From: a virus
DNA: 64,000 nt
Virus record (IMG/VR): IMGVR_UViG_3300032288_005579
Reading direction: 5' to 3' (one strand)
Position 1 is the first letter of the stretch, and each line of letters begins with the position of its first letter. The notes under the pieces were generated by a model, which made no database searches, was not told where the DNA came from, and worked only from the letters and a program-made list of their open reading frames with translations. Below are positions 20,503-29,451 of this stretch, in pieces. A program made the position numbers and the translations under genes.

Positions 20503-20523
20503 AAACAAACATATTTATAGCTA

Positions 20524-20955
20524 ATGGTTGCAGAATTTGAAAACATAGAACTTACAAAAGAAATGCTAAAAAATAAGCTACTCTGTACTTTTACTACAGA
20601 AGACAATCTAGAGGAGCTACTAGAGAACATAAGTAGAGAGTACAAAATACTCTACAACAAGATATTTGTGCTCTCCTCCCCGGATTCAAAGGAATTGATC
20701 TGTACCTACAACATAGATACAGAAGAGACACTTCCTAGAATAATGAAAAACACCATACTGGTTCACAGAAAAAAGGACACTAATACGCTGTACACCATAA
20801 ATTCTTTAAACGCGCTTATACTCGAGCTGAACAACGGCGTATTGGACACTAAATTCCCCATCACGTGGGAAAACTACAGAAACTCCATCTTATTGGTACA
20901 AGACACAAAATTCAGGAAGCTAAATACAGAAGTAAAGAAAATCGTGAACTTGTAA
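20524..20955 (+). CDS. Conserved hypothetical phage protein
   Basis: 143 aa, NKLLCTF...LVHRKKDTNTLYTINSLN; preceded by TATTTATA. Confidence 0.75.
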   Translation: MVAEFENIELTKEMLKNKLLCTFTTEDNLEELLENISREYKILYNKIFVLSSPDSKELICTYNIDTEETLPRIMKNTILVHRKKDTNTLYTINSLNALILELNNGVLDTKFPITWENYRNSILLVQDTKFRKLNTEVKKIVNL

Positions 20956-20962
20956 AATAAAC

Positions 20963-20991
20963 TTTACAAATCTCGCTTAATCAGTTATATT
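20963..20991 (+). promoter_or_regulatory. Putative sigma70-type promoter for the SSB gene
   Basis: TTTACA-N17-TATATT, ending 26 nt before the ATG at 21017. Confidence 0.5.
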
Positions 20992-21016
20992 CACTAAAAT
21001 AAAACACGTTACAACT

Positions 21017-21799
21017 ATGGACATTTCGCAATTGAGAAATCGACTCGCGTCCCTGCAAAACCCGAAAGCTTCGGGCAGAGGTGAGTTGAAAAAGACGCTT
21101 TGGTCCCCTACAGTAGGTAAACATTCCGTTAGGATCGTTCCTTCGCTGTTCGACAAAGCAAATCCCTTCAAAGAACTTTACTTTCACTACGAATTCGGTA
21201 AGACGATGATTTCGCTTACCAACTTCGGAGAAAAGGATCCCATCGTGGAGTTTGCACAGGGATTGAGAAAATCATCTAACAAAGAGGATTGGCAACTTGC
21301 CAAAAAGCTGGAGCCGAAACTCCGCATCTTCGCTCCCGTAATCGTACGTGGAGAAGAGGATAAAGGCGTTCTGCTTTGGGGATTCGGCAAGCAGATCTAC
21401 ATGGATTTGCTTTCCATCGCTGAAGACGAGGACGTTGGCGATTACACCGATCCTGTACAGGGACGAGACATCACCATCGAAACTCTGGACAAGGCAAGCA
21501 CAGGTTTGACTTACGACAAATCCACAGTTCGCATTCGCACAAAGGTAACGCCTCTGTCTGCGAAAGCAGAAGAAGCGAAGAAGTGGTTATCAGAACAACC
21601 TGATCCGATGACGCAATTCAAACGCTACTCTTACGACGAGATGAAAGCGGCTTTGTTGGGATATTTGAATCCTGAAAGCGAAGCTGAACAATCAGTCGCT
21701 TCTCCTAATCCTCCTGAAGAACCAAAAGCACAAGCTTACACCTTGAGCACAACTAAGGCGGACACCAAATCAAAAATCGACGATCTGTTTGAATTCTAA
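21017..21799 (+). CDS. Single-stranded DNA-binding protein (T4 gp32-like)
   Basis: LWSPTVGKHSVRIVP, NPFKELYFHY, DPIVEFA, LWGFGK, DYTDPVQGRDI; acidic C-terminus IDDLFEF. Confidence 0.85.
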   Translation: MDISQLRNRLASLQNPKASGRGELKKTLWSPTVGKHSVRIVPSLFDKANPFKELYFHYEFGKTMISLTNFGEKDPIVEFAQGLRKSSNKEDWQLAKKLEPKLRIFAPVIVRGEEDKGVLLWGFGKQIYMDLLSIAEDEDVGDYTDPVQGRDITIETLDKASTGLTYDKSTVRIRTKVTPLSAKAEEAKKWLSEQPDPMTQFKRYSYDEMKAALLGYLNPESEAEQSVASPNPPEEPKAQAYTLSTTKADTKSKIDDLFEF

Positions 21800-21801
21800 T
21801 T

Positions 21802-21824
21802 AAAGCCCCGAAAGGGGCTTTTTT
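21802..21824 (+). terminator. Rho-independent terminator
   Basis: AAAGCCCC-GAAA-GGGGCTTT plus T run (GNRA loop). Confidence 0.85.
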
Positions 21825-21831
21825 AACCACT

Positions 21832-22917
21832 ATGGCGAAAAAAGCAAGCTTAAACGACGCGGTCGCTGCGGTCGTAAAGGACAAGTCTCAGTTCAATCTT
21901 GAAAGTTTCAAGAAAGGAAAGAACCTGAGCACAACATCAGTAAAGTTCAAGGACCAGAAATGGATTCCACTGTCTAAGGCGTTTCAAGACACGCTTCAGA
22001 TCCCTGGAATTCCTATGGGCCACATCACACTTTTAAGGGGTCACTCAGACACCGGCAAAACAACAGCGATGTTGGAAGCCGCTATCCAGTGTCAAAAGAT
22101 GGGCATATTGCCTGTCCTTCTTATAACCGAAATGAAGTGGTCGTGGGAGCACGCCAGAGAGATGGGGTTGCAGTTCGATGAAGTACCAGATACCGATACG
22201 GGCGAGATATTGGACTACAAGGGGTTCTTCCTGTACATCGACAGGGAAAAGCTGAATTGTATAGAGGACGTTAGTGCTTTCATCATGGATATCCTTGACG
22301 AACAGAAGCGAGGAAACCTTCCTTACGATCTGTGTTTCTTCTGGGATTCCGTGGGTTCCATTCCTTGCAGATTATCCATTGAATCGAACAAGAACAACAA
22401 CGAATGGAACGCTGGTGCCATGTCTCAACAGTTCGGTAATTTTGTAAACCAGAAGATCGTTATGTCAAGGAAAGAAAGCTCTCCTTACACAAACACCTTC
22501 GTAGCAGTCAACAAAGTTTGGGTCGCAAAGCCCGAAACGATCATGAGCCAACCTAAGATGAAAAACAAGGGTGGAGATACTATGTTCTTCGACTCATCGA
22601 TGGTCATTACTTTCGGTAACGTCACAAGTTCGGGCACAAGCAAACTCAAAGCCACCAAAGGCGGCAAAGAGATTGAGTTCGCTAAGCGTACTAAAATATC
22701 TTGCGATAAGAACCACGTTACTGGCGTAACCGGGGTTGGACGCGTCATTGTCACAGTTCACGGTTTCATCTCAGAAGAAAAGCGAGAGCTCGACGATTAC
22801 AAGAAGCAGTATTCCCACCAGTGGTTAAAGGTTCTTGGTTCCAAGGATTTTGATGTCATCGAAGAGGAAGACAATTCACAGGCGGCCGATATATTCGACC
22901 AATCAGAAAACGATTAA
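21832..22917 (+). CDS. recA: RecA/UvsX-like recombinase
   Basis: Walker A GHSDTGKT, Walker B FFWDSVGS, VAVNKVW, KGGDTMFF. Confidence 0.85.
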   Translation: MAKKASLNDAVAAVVKDKSQFNLESFKKGKNLSTTSVKFKDQKWIPLSKAFQDTLQIPGIPMGHITLLRGHSDTGKTTAMLEAAIQCQKMGILPVLLITEMKWSWEHAREMGLQFDEVPDTDTGEILDYKGFFLYIDREKLNCIEDVSAFIMDILDEQKRGNLPYDLCFFWDSVGSIPCRLSIESNKNNNEWNAGAMSQQFGNFVNQKIVMSRKESSPYTNTFVAVNKVWVAKPETIMSQPKMKNKGGDTMFFDSSMVITFGNVTSSGTSKLKATKGGKEIEFAKRTKISCDKNHVTGVTGVGRVIVTVHGFISEEKRELDDYKKQYSHQWLKVLGSKDFDVIEEEDNSQAADIFDQSEND

Positions 22918-23943
22918 ATGACTCCTGAACAAAAGAAGATCTTCGACTCTCTTTCACAGAAGCAAGAGCCGGAAGAACAGCTAACGCTCGATAGTCGTGT
23001 GTTGGTTGTAGACGCACTTAACACATTCATGAGGGCGTTTGCTGTCATACGGCACGTCAATCACAATCTGACACCGATAGGTGGTCTCACCGGTTTTTTG
23101 CGGTCCGTAGGATACGCAATCAATGTGGTGAGACCCACACGGGTCATAGTGGTTTTCGACGGTCAAGGATCTTCGACTAACAAGCGTTACATCTACCCAG
23201 AGTATAAAGCGAACAGACATCTCAGACGCATAACAAATTGGGACCACTTCGAAACTCAAGAAGCGGAATCAGAAGCGATCATCAATCAAGTCGTAAGGCT
23301 CGTTCATTACCTGAAGTGTTTACCGGTCGACGTATTGACGATCGATAAGATAGAAGCGGACGATGTGATAGGATACTTAGCACAGAGGGTAGGAAAACAG
23401 ACAACGATAATGTCTAGCGATAGAGACTATCTACAATTGGTCAGCGATCGCATAACCGTGTTTTCCCCAACCAAGAAAAAGTTCTACACACCAGATCTTG
23501 TGTTGAAAGAATACGGAGTAACTCCCGAAAATTTCCTAATACAAAAGATGTTGTTAGGTGATTCTGGTGACAACGTACCTGGTGTAGTGGGCTTGGGACC
23601 AAAGACTCTGATAAAAGAGTTTCCTGAACTAGGAAAAATCGATAAAGTTACGCTTAACGAAATACTGGAGAAGTGTGAATCTGGAAAAAAGAAGGTTCAC
23701 GGATCGATAAGAAATTTTAAGAGTCAATTGGAGATCAACAAACTATTGATGGACTTGGAAAATCCTAACATACCAGAGGAATCGATAAAAGATATAGAAA
23801 ATTGCATACTCGAGCCCTATAAGCAGTTTAATTCCCAGGAATTTGTTAAGTTGTATAATGAAGACGATTTAGGAAACAGCATACCCAACTTACAGGCATG
23901 GTTGTTCAATCACTTCCACATACTATCTAAATATAAAGCATGA
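22918..23943 (+). CDS. 5'-3' exonuclease / flap endonuclease (T4 RNase H / PolI N-domain-like)
   Basis: VVDALN, VVFDG, YPEYKANR, EADDVIG, SSDRDYLQL, LGDSGDNVPGVVGLGPKT. Confidence 0.92.
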   Translation: MTPEQKKIFDSLSQKQEPEEQLTLDSRVLVVDALNTFMRAFAVIRHVNHNLTPIGGLTGFLRSVGYAINVVRPTRVIVVFDGQGSSTNKRYIYPEYKANRHLRRITNWDHFETQEAESEAIINQVVRLVHYLKCLPVDVLTIDKIEADDVIGYLAQRVGKQTTIMSSDRDYLQLVSDRITVFSPTKKKFYTPDLVLKEYGVTPENFLIQKMLLGDSGDNVPGVVGLGPKTLIKEFPELGKIDKVTLNEILEKCESGKKKVHGSIRNFKSQLEINKLLMDLENPNIPEESIKDIENCILEPYKQFNSQEFVKLYNEDDLGNSIPNLQAWLFNHFHILSKYKA

Positions 23944-25316
23944 GCACACTAAATACGTTACAACAGTACGGAGTTTCATTTCAAATCAAGGTTCTGTCGT
24001 CCTTGTTAAAACACAAAGAGTTCTTACACAACATTTACGACATCCTAAATCCAGACGAGTTCGATAATCCCTCTCACAAGTGGATCATCAAAGAGACTCT
24101 GAAATACTATTCGAAGTATCATACGAATCCCACTCCTGAGTATCTCTCTGTCGAAGTTAAGAAGATCGATAACGACGTTCTTAAGATCAGCGTAGCGGAA
24201 CAAATCAAAGAAGCTCTTAAAGCCATCAACGAAGATCGCGAATACGTAGAGACAGAGTTCAGTAACTTCTGCAGAAATCAACAACTAAAGAAGGCTTTGA
24301 TGTCTTCAGTAGAACTGCTCACTAAGGGACAGTACGATGACATCAGATCGATGATCGATACTGCGTTAAAAGCTGGTCAAAGCCGGGACATCGGACACGA
24401 GTACGAAAAAGATGTAGAAACAAGATACAGATCTGAAGAGAGAAAAGCAGTTCCCACAGTTTGGCCTCACGTAAATAATTTATTGATGGGAGGTCTAGGA
24501 GCAGGAGATCTTGGCATAGTACTAGGATCACCAGGTGGTGGAAAATCTTGGTTTCTAATAAACTTAGGCGCTGCTGCAGTCAAAGCTGGTTACAACGTGT
24601 GTCACTACACTTTGGAACTTTCACAAGACTACGTTGGTAAAAGATACGATTCTACCTTTACGGGTATTGAATTCCAAAGGATACACCTTCATAGAGAAGA
24701 AATCGAAAAGGTGGTCAATGCTCTACCAGGAAAGTTGATCATCAAAGAGTATCCGATGGGAAAAACTACACCATCTACCATAGAAACTCACATACAAAAG
24801 TGTGAGACCATAGGATTCAAACCCGATCTTGTCATTATAGACTACGTGGATCTCTTAAGATCTAAGATGAAATCCACTGAGAGGAAGGACGAGATAGACG
24901 ATGTTTACACTTCCATAAAAGGCTTGGCCAGGCAGATAAAAACGCCGATCTGGACAGTCTCTCAAGTGAATAGGATGGGATCTAAAGATGACATCATCGA
25001 AGCCGATAAAATCGCTGGATCTTACGATAAGATCATGATCGCAGACTTCGCAATGTCGCTTTCCAGAAAGCGCTCTGATAAACTGAATGGAACTGGTAGG
25101 ATACACATAATCAAAAACAGATTCGGTGCCGACGGTATGACATTTTCTGCAGTTATAAACACTTCAAATGGACATATTGACATAAGTAACACAGAAATTG
25201 ACGATTCAGAGCTCCAGGTAGAAGACAATCCGGTCAGAACAATGCAGAATAGAATACAGTTAGCTGGGGAAGAGAAAAAATACTTAGCAAACAAATTTTA
25301 TGAGTTAGGCTTATAA
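23940..25316 (+). CDS. dnaB: Replicative DNA helicase (DnaB / T4 gp41-like)
   Basis: GSPGGGKS Walker A, YTLELS, IIDYVDLL, TVSQVNR, IIKNRFG. Confidence 0.9.
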   Translation: MSTLNTLQQYGVSFQIKVLSSLLKHKEFLHNIYDILNPDEFDNPSHKWIIKETLKYYSKYHTNPTPEYLSVEVKKIDNDVLKISVAEQIKEALKAINEDREYVETEFSNFCRNQQLKKALMSSVELLTKGQYDDIRSMIDTALKAGQSRDIGHEYEKDVETRYRSEERKAVPTVWPHVNNLLMGGLGAGDLGIVLGSPGGGKSWFLINLGAAAVKAGYNVCHYTLELSQDYVGKRYDSTFTGIEFQRIHLHREEIEKVVNALPGKLIIKEYPMGKTTPSTIETHIQKCETIGFKPDLVIIDYVDLLRSKMKSTERKDEIDDVYTSIKGLARQIKTPIWTVSQVNRMGSKDDIIEADKIAGSYDKIMIADFAMSLSRKRSDKLNGTGRIHIIKNRFGADGMTFSAVINTSNGHIDISNTEIDDSELQVEDNPVRTMQNRIQLAGEEKKYLANKFYELGL

Positions 25317-25359
25317 GAAAGAAAATATCAGATATTTATAACTACAAAAACAACTGATT

Positions 25360-25581
25360 ATGCCGAGCATCTGGAATCTATATCAAAGAGCCCCCAAAGG
25401 TGACAACTTCAGGAGACCTGAAGGATACACGGAGTCTTACATCGATCGTTCGTTCCAAGAAGCCGCTGAGGCAGCTTCTTCCAATTTGATCGTGGATCTG
25501 AAGAATTTCTTCCAATCTACGAATAAGAAGACTTGGTACGAAAGTAAGAACGAGAACGCGGGAAGCGTCCCCCAAGGTTAA
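25360..25581 (+). CDS. Hypothetical protein
   Basis: 73 aa, preceded by TATTTATA at 25333. Confidence 0.6.
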   Translation: MPSIWNLYQRAPKGDNFRRPEGYTESYIDRSFQEAAEAASSNLIVDLKNFFQSTNKKTWYESKNENAGSVPQG

Positions 25582-25697
25582 TCAGTCCAATCTAAACTTT
25601 TGGATGTTTTAAATTAGACGAATAGTCTAAAGGTCAAAAGATCTGTTTAAAAATTAAAAAACGTAAGAAATTACGAAGGCTATTATAGGCTATATAT

Positions 25698-26675
25698 ATG
25701 AGCAAATTATTTACGAAACGGGTTAACATTCTACCATACGACTATCCGTCGTTACTTAAATACAAAGACGCAATACGACACTCCTACTGGATAGATACGG
25801 AGTACAATTTCACTACAGACATAAACGACTTCATGGTCAATATCACCGAAAACGAAAGGGAGGTGATCAAACGTACCATGCTTGCCATAGCTCAAATAGA
25901 AGTCAACGTTAAAACCTTTTGGGCAGACATGTACAAGCGTATGCCGATCACAGAGATCGGTGACGTAGGCATGACATTCGCAGAGTCAGAGGTTAGGCAC
26001 AAGGACGCATACGCTCGCCTCCTAAGGATCCTTGGTTTGGAGGATGAGTTCAAGACTGTTGTGGAAATCCCAGCCATTAAAGATAGGATCAAGTATCTAA
26101 GCAAATACTTAGACGGTACTCGCAGCACAGACAACAAGATGTACACTAAGTCCGTACTGCTGTTCTCTCTGTTCATCGAGCATGTGTCACTATTCTCCCA
26201 GTTTCTCATCATGATGTCCTTTAATAAAGACCGTAACGTCTTTAAAGGGATATCTAACGTGGTTGAAGCCACATCGAAGGAAGAAGACATACACGGTAAC
26301 TTCGGTGCAGAGATCATTAACATCATCAAGCAAGAGAATCCCGAGTGGTTCGATTCTGAGTTCGAAGCTCTAATAGACACCGCATGTAATAAAGCATATA
26401 AAGCCGAGTGTAAGATCCTTGACTGGATCTTTGAACACGGCGAATTAGACTTCCTACCAAAGACAACTATCCAGCATTTCATTAAGAATCGCTTCAATAA
26501 CTCTTTGAAAAAGATCGGTATGGAACCCATATTCGAAGTAGATTCCGATGAGATAAAGAAAACCAAGTGGTTTGAGATAGAGACCACATCCACAAAAGAA
26601 GGAGACTTCTTCTACAAGAAACAGATCGACTACTCGAAGAAACAAAAAGCCATAACAGAAGACGATTTGTTCTAA
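25698..26675 (+). CDS. nrdB: Ribonucleotide reductase class Ia beta subunit
   Basis: YW..TEYNF..D, ESEVRHKDAY, IEHVSLFSQF, EEDIHG di-iron ligands; C-terminal DFF.K...DY...DDLF. Confidence 0.92.
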   Translation: MSKLFTKRVNILPYDYPSLLKYKDAIRHSYWIDTEYNFTTDINDFMVNITENEREVIKRTMLAIAQIEVNVKTFWADMYKRMPITEIGDVGMTFAESEVRHKDAYARLLRILGLEDEFKTVVEIPAIKDRIKYLSKYLDGTRSTDNKMYTKSVLLFSLFIEHVSLFSQFLIMMSFNKDRNVFKGISNVVEATSKEEDIHGNFGAEIINIIKQENPEWFDSEFEALIDTACNKAYKAECKILDWIFEHGELDFLPKTTIQHFIKNRFNNSLKKIGMEPIFEVDSDEIKKTKWFEIETTSTKEGDFFYKKQIDYSKKQKAITEDDLF

Positions 26676-26717
26676 TAATGAATTAAATACTATACATTAA
26701 TTGATAACCACTACTTA

Positions 26718-28355
26718 GTGAATTATATGCTATACAAAGATTACTACTGGTTGAATGATGAGGCGAGAACATTTCTCTCTCGTGGATACATAACTGAGAC
26801 TGCAGAAGATAGGATCAAAGAGATAGCTACCGTTGCAGAGAAATACCTTGAGATAAAGGGATTCGCTGAGAAGTTCGAGCGTTATATGGCTAAGGGCTAC
26901 TATAGTCTAGCCACCCCAGTATGGATAAACTTCGGTAAAGACAAAGGCCTTCCCATCTCATGTTACGGTTCTTGGATAGACGACTCTCTTGAGAGCATGC
27001 TAACAACAGCAAGAGAAATAGGCATGATGTCGAAATACGGTGGTGGAACATCAGCGTACCTCGGCAACATCCGCCCTAGAGGATCAGATATCAGTACTGG
27101 AGGCAAAGCAGACGGACCTATACACTACGCTCGATTGTACGATACTGTAGTAGATGTTTGTAAACAATCAGAGGCTCGTCGCGGAGCTTGCGCAGTGTAT
27201 CTGCCTATAGAGCACAGCGACATAATGGAATTTCTTGACATTGGCAGCGAAGGCAACCCCATACAGAACCTACAGTACGGAGTTACAATCGGTGATCAAT
27301 GGCTTTCTGAAATGAAAGCTGGTGACCCTGTTAAAAGAAAAGTTTGGGCTAAGGTTATCCAACGCCGCTCGGAGTTCGGGTATCCTTACCTACTTTTCAG
27401 GGACAATGCAAATAAAAACACGCCGTACAAGGAACTAGGTTATAAAATCACCGCAAGCAACCTGTGTTCGGAGATCATGTTACCCACAGACTCTGATAAC
27501 TCTTTCGTTTGTTGCATAGGTTCAATAAACCTATTGCACTGGGAAGAGATAGAGAAAACGGATGCTATTGAGGTGTATACACAATTCCTCAATGCTGTGA
27601 TGGACGAATTTATAATGAAGTCTCACAAACCCGGATTACAGCGCGCTTGGAATTTTGCGCTGAGTCACAGAGCCATCGGAGTGGGAGTATTAGGATACCA
27701 TTCATTCCTACAGTCTAAACTAATTCCTTTCGAATCTATACAAGCAAAACAGTGGAATGATAGGATATTCAAAGTGCTGAAGCAGAGAACAGAGGCCGCT
27801 TCCAAAGATCTCTATTTAAACGATCAAGAGAGATACGAGTGCATGAGACCGGGATTTGCTAACACCACACTGATAGCTATTGCACCAACAAAGTCCTCTT
27901 CTTTTATCTTGGGTCAAGTAAGCATGGGTATCGAACCCATCAAATCTAATTACTTCGTGAAAGATCTTTCTAAGATCAAGACGGTGTACAAAAACCCGCA
28001 CTTGCTAGAAGAACTGAAGAAGTATAATATGGATACTGAGGAAGTGTGGGATAGTATCATGAAGAAGGACGGATCCGTACAGCACTTGGATTTCCCCACC
28101 AAAGAGGTTTTCAAAACCTTCCTTGAGATATCACCAAAAGAGATAATTATTCAAACTGCTCAGCGTCAAAAATACATAGACCAATCCCAGTCTGTGAACC
28201 TGATGATTCACCCTACGATACCTGCAAAGGACATCAATCAACTTTATTTGTATGCTCATGAAGAGGGTGTAAAAACCCTTTATTATCAGTATTCACAGAA
28301 TTCTGCCCAAGCATTTGCTAGAAACATATTAGAATGCGTAAACTGCGAGGCTTAA
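26718..28355 (+). CDS. nrdA: Ribonucleotide reductase class Ia alpha subunit (short, no ATP cone)
   Basis: PISC, SNLCSEI, CCIGSIN, AIAPT.SSS, IDQSQSVNL, KTLYY, C-terminal CVNC. ATG alternative at 26727. Confidence 0.92.
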   Translation: MNYMLYKDYYWLNDEARTFLSRGYITETAEDRIKEIATVAEKYLEIKGFAEKFERYMAKGYYSLATPVWINFGKDKGLPISCYGSWIDDSLESMLTTAREIGMMSKYGGGTSAYLGNIRPRGSDISTGGKADGPIHYARLYDTVVDVCKQSEARRGACAVYLPIEHSDIMEFLDIGSEGNPIQNLQYGVTIGDQWLSEMKAGDPVKRKVWAKVIQRRSEFGYPYLLFRDNANKNTPYKELGYKITASNLCSEIMLPTDSDNSFVCCIGSINLLHWEEIEKTDAIEVYTQFLNAVMDEFIMKSHKPGLQRAWNFALSHRAIGVGVLGYHSFLQSKLIPFESIQAKQWNDRIFKVLKQRTEAASKDLYLNDQERYECMRPGFANTTLIAIAPTKSSSFILGQVSMGIEPIKSNYFVKDLSKIKTVYKNPHLLEELKKYNMDTEEVWDSIMKKDGSVQHLDFPTKEVFKTFLEISPKEIIIQTAQRQKYIDQSQSVNLMIHPTIPAKDINQLYLYAHEEGVKTLYYQYSQNSAQAFARNILECVNCEA

Positions 28356-28416
28356 CACAAAAAACTAAATCTTTACAATTATAAGGGCAACGATTACATT
28401 CATCTAAACAAGCGTT

Positions 28417-29439
28417 ATGAAATTAGAAAAATACGAAAAACTAAAACAGCGGTTAGAGGTTCTCAAACTAGAGAAAAACTTTTTCCCGCTTAACACAACC
28501 CTGTATTGGTTTTCCTTTCTTGGAAACATCTTCTTGATTTACTTTGGTTACTTCTTCATAAGAACGATTACAGACACACTGCCTGACTTATTCCCATACC
28601 AGGATGAATTTTTTATGGTGTTTATTGCTCTATTCCTTTCTGGATACGAGCTCACTAAAAGATTTGTAATAGATCAGACCGCGAATTCTTTAGTGGGTCC
28701 TAAAAAATCTTTGAGTTTTGGAGTTGTATTCGGCGTATTAGCCTCATTGTTTCTAATAGGAGGATCTTTTTACATGTCCATAAAGGGCGCTCATAGACTT
28801 GTGGACAACAAGGATGTCATAACAGCGCAAATAGATTCAGTATCCACTAAAAAAATAGAAGACATCTCGGCTTATTACGATAAAGAAATAGCTTTCTATA
28901 GATCTCAACCTGCGCGCACACGCACTGATCGAATGTATAGAGATTCTATAGTCTCAAGTCTTCAGGTTCAAAAGGACACAAAAATAACCGAAGAAGAAAA
29001 TAAACAGGAGTTTAAAGCTGGTGATTCTTTGGCAGAGAACGAAGAGAACGATTTTGCTTTCATGATCATAACGGTGTTTTTAGAGGCGATAGTCATACTC
29101 GGTGTTGGATTTAATTCCTTCTATACGGTATCGACATACGAAGAGACGGGTAAGCTACTACAAACACCAAAGTACCGTCAATACATGAACAACCTCCAAC
29201 TCTTGAAGATGTATTACGCCAATGGTAAAAAAGAACCTGGGGAATTGACGCTATCATTCACAAAACTTGCATCTCTCGTTAAGAATCAAAAGCTGGGAAT
29301 ATCAAATTCAGAGGTAAAAGATTTTATATCGATGTGCACAGAACTTGGAATATGCAAAGAAATGCAGAACAAGCGTAAGCAACTTGTGATGACCTACGAA
29401 GACGCGAAAAAAGCTCTTCAAAAGGACGACATATTTTAG
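28417..29439 (+). CDS. Hypothetical multi-pass membrane protein
   Basis: About four hydrophobic segments separated by a charged loop. Confidence 0.7.
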   Translation: MKLEKYEKLKQRLEVLKLEKNFFPLNTTLYWFSFLGNIFLIYFGYFFIRTITDTLPDLFPYQDEFFMVFIALFLSGYELTKRFVIDQTANSLVGPKKSLSFGVVFGVLASLFLIGGSFYMSIKGAHRLVDNKDVITAQIDSVSTKKIEDISAYYDKEIAFYRSQPARTRTDRMYRDSIVSSLQVQKDTKITEEENKQEFKAGDSLAENEENDFAFMIITVFLEAIVILGVGFNSFYTVSTYEETGKLLQTPKYRQYMNNLQLLKMYYANGKKEPGELTLSFTKLASLVKNQKLGISNSEVKDFISMCTELGICKEMQNKRKQLVMTYEDAKKALQKDDIF

Positions 29440-29451
29440 TAGATTACTCCC

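Noticed and set aside
26676-26717. NrdR box between nrdB and nrdA
   Set aside because: CCACTACTTAGTG only loosely resembles the consensus and occurs once.
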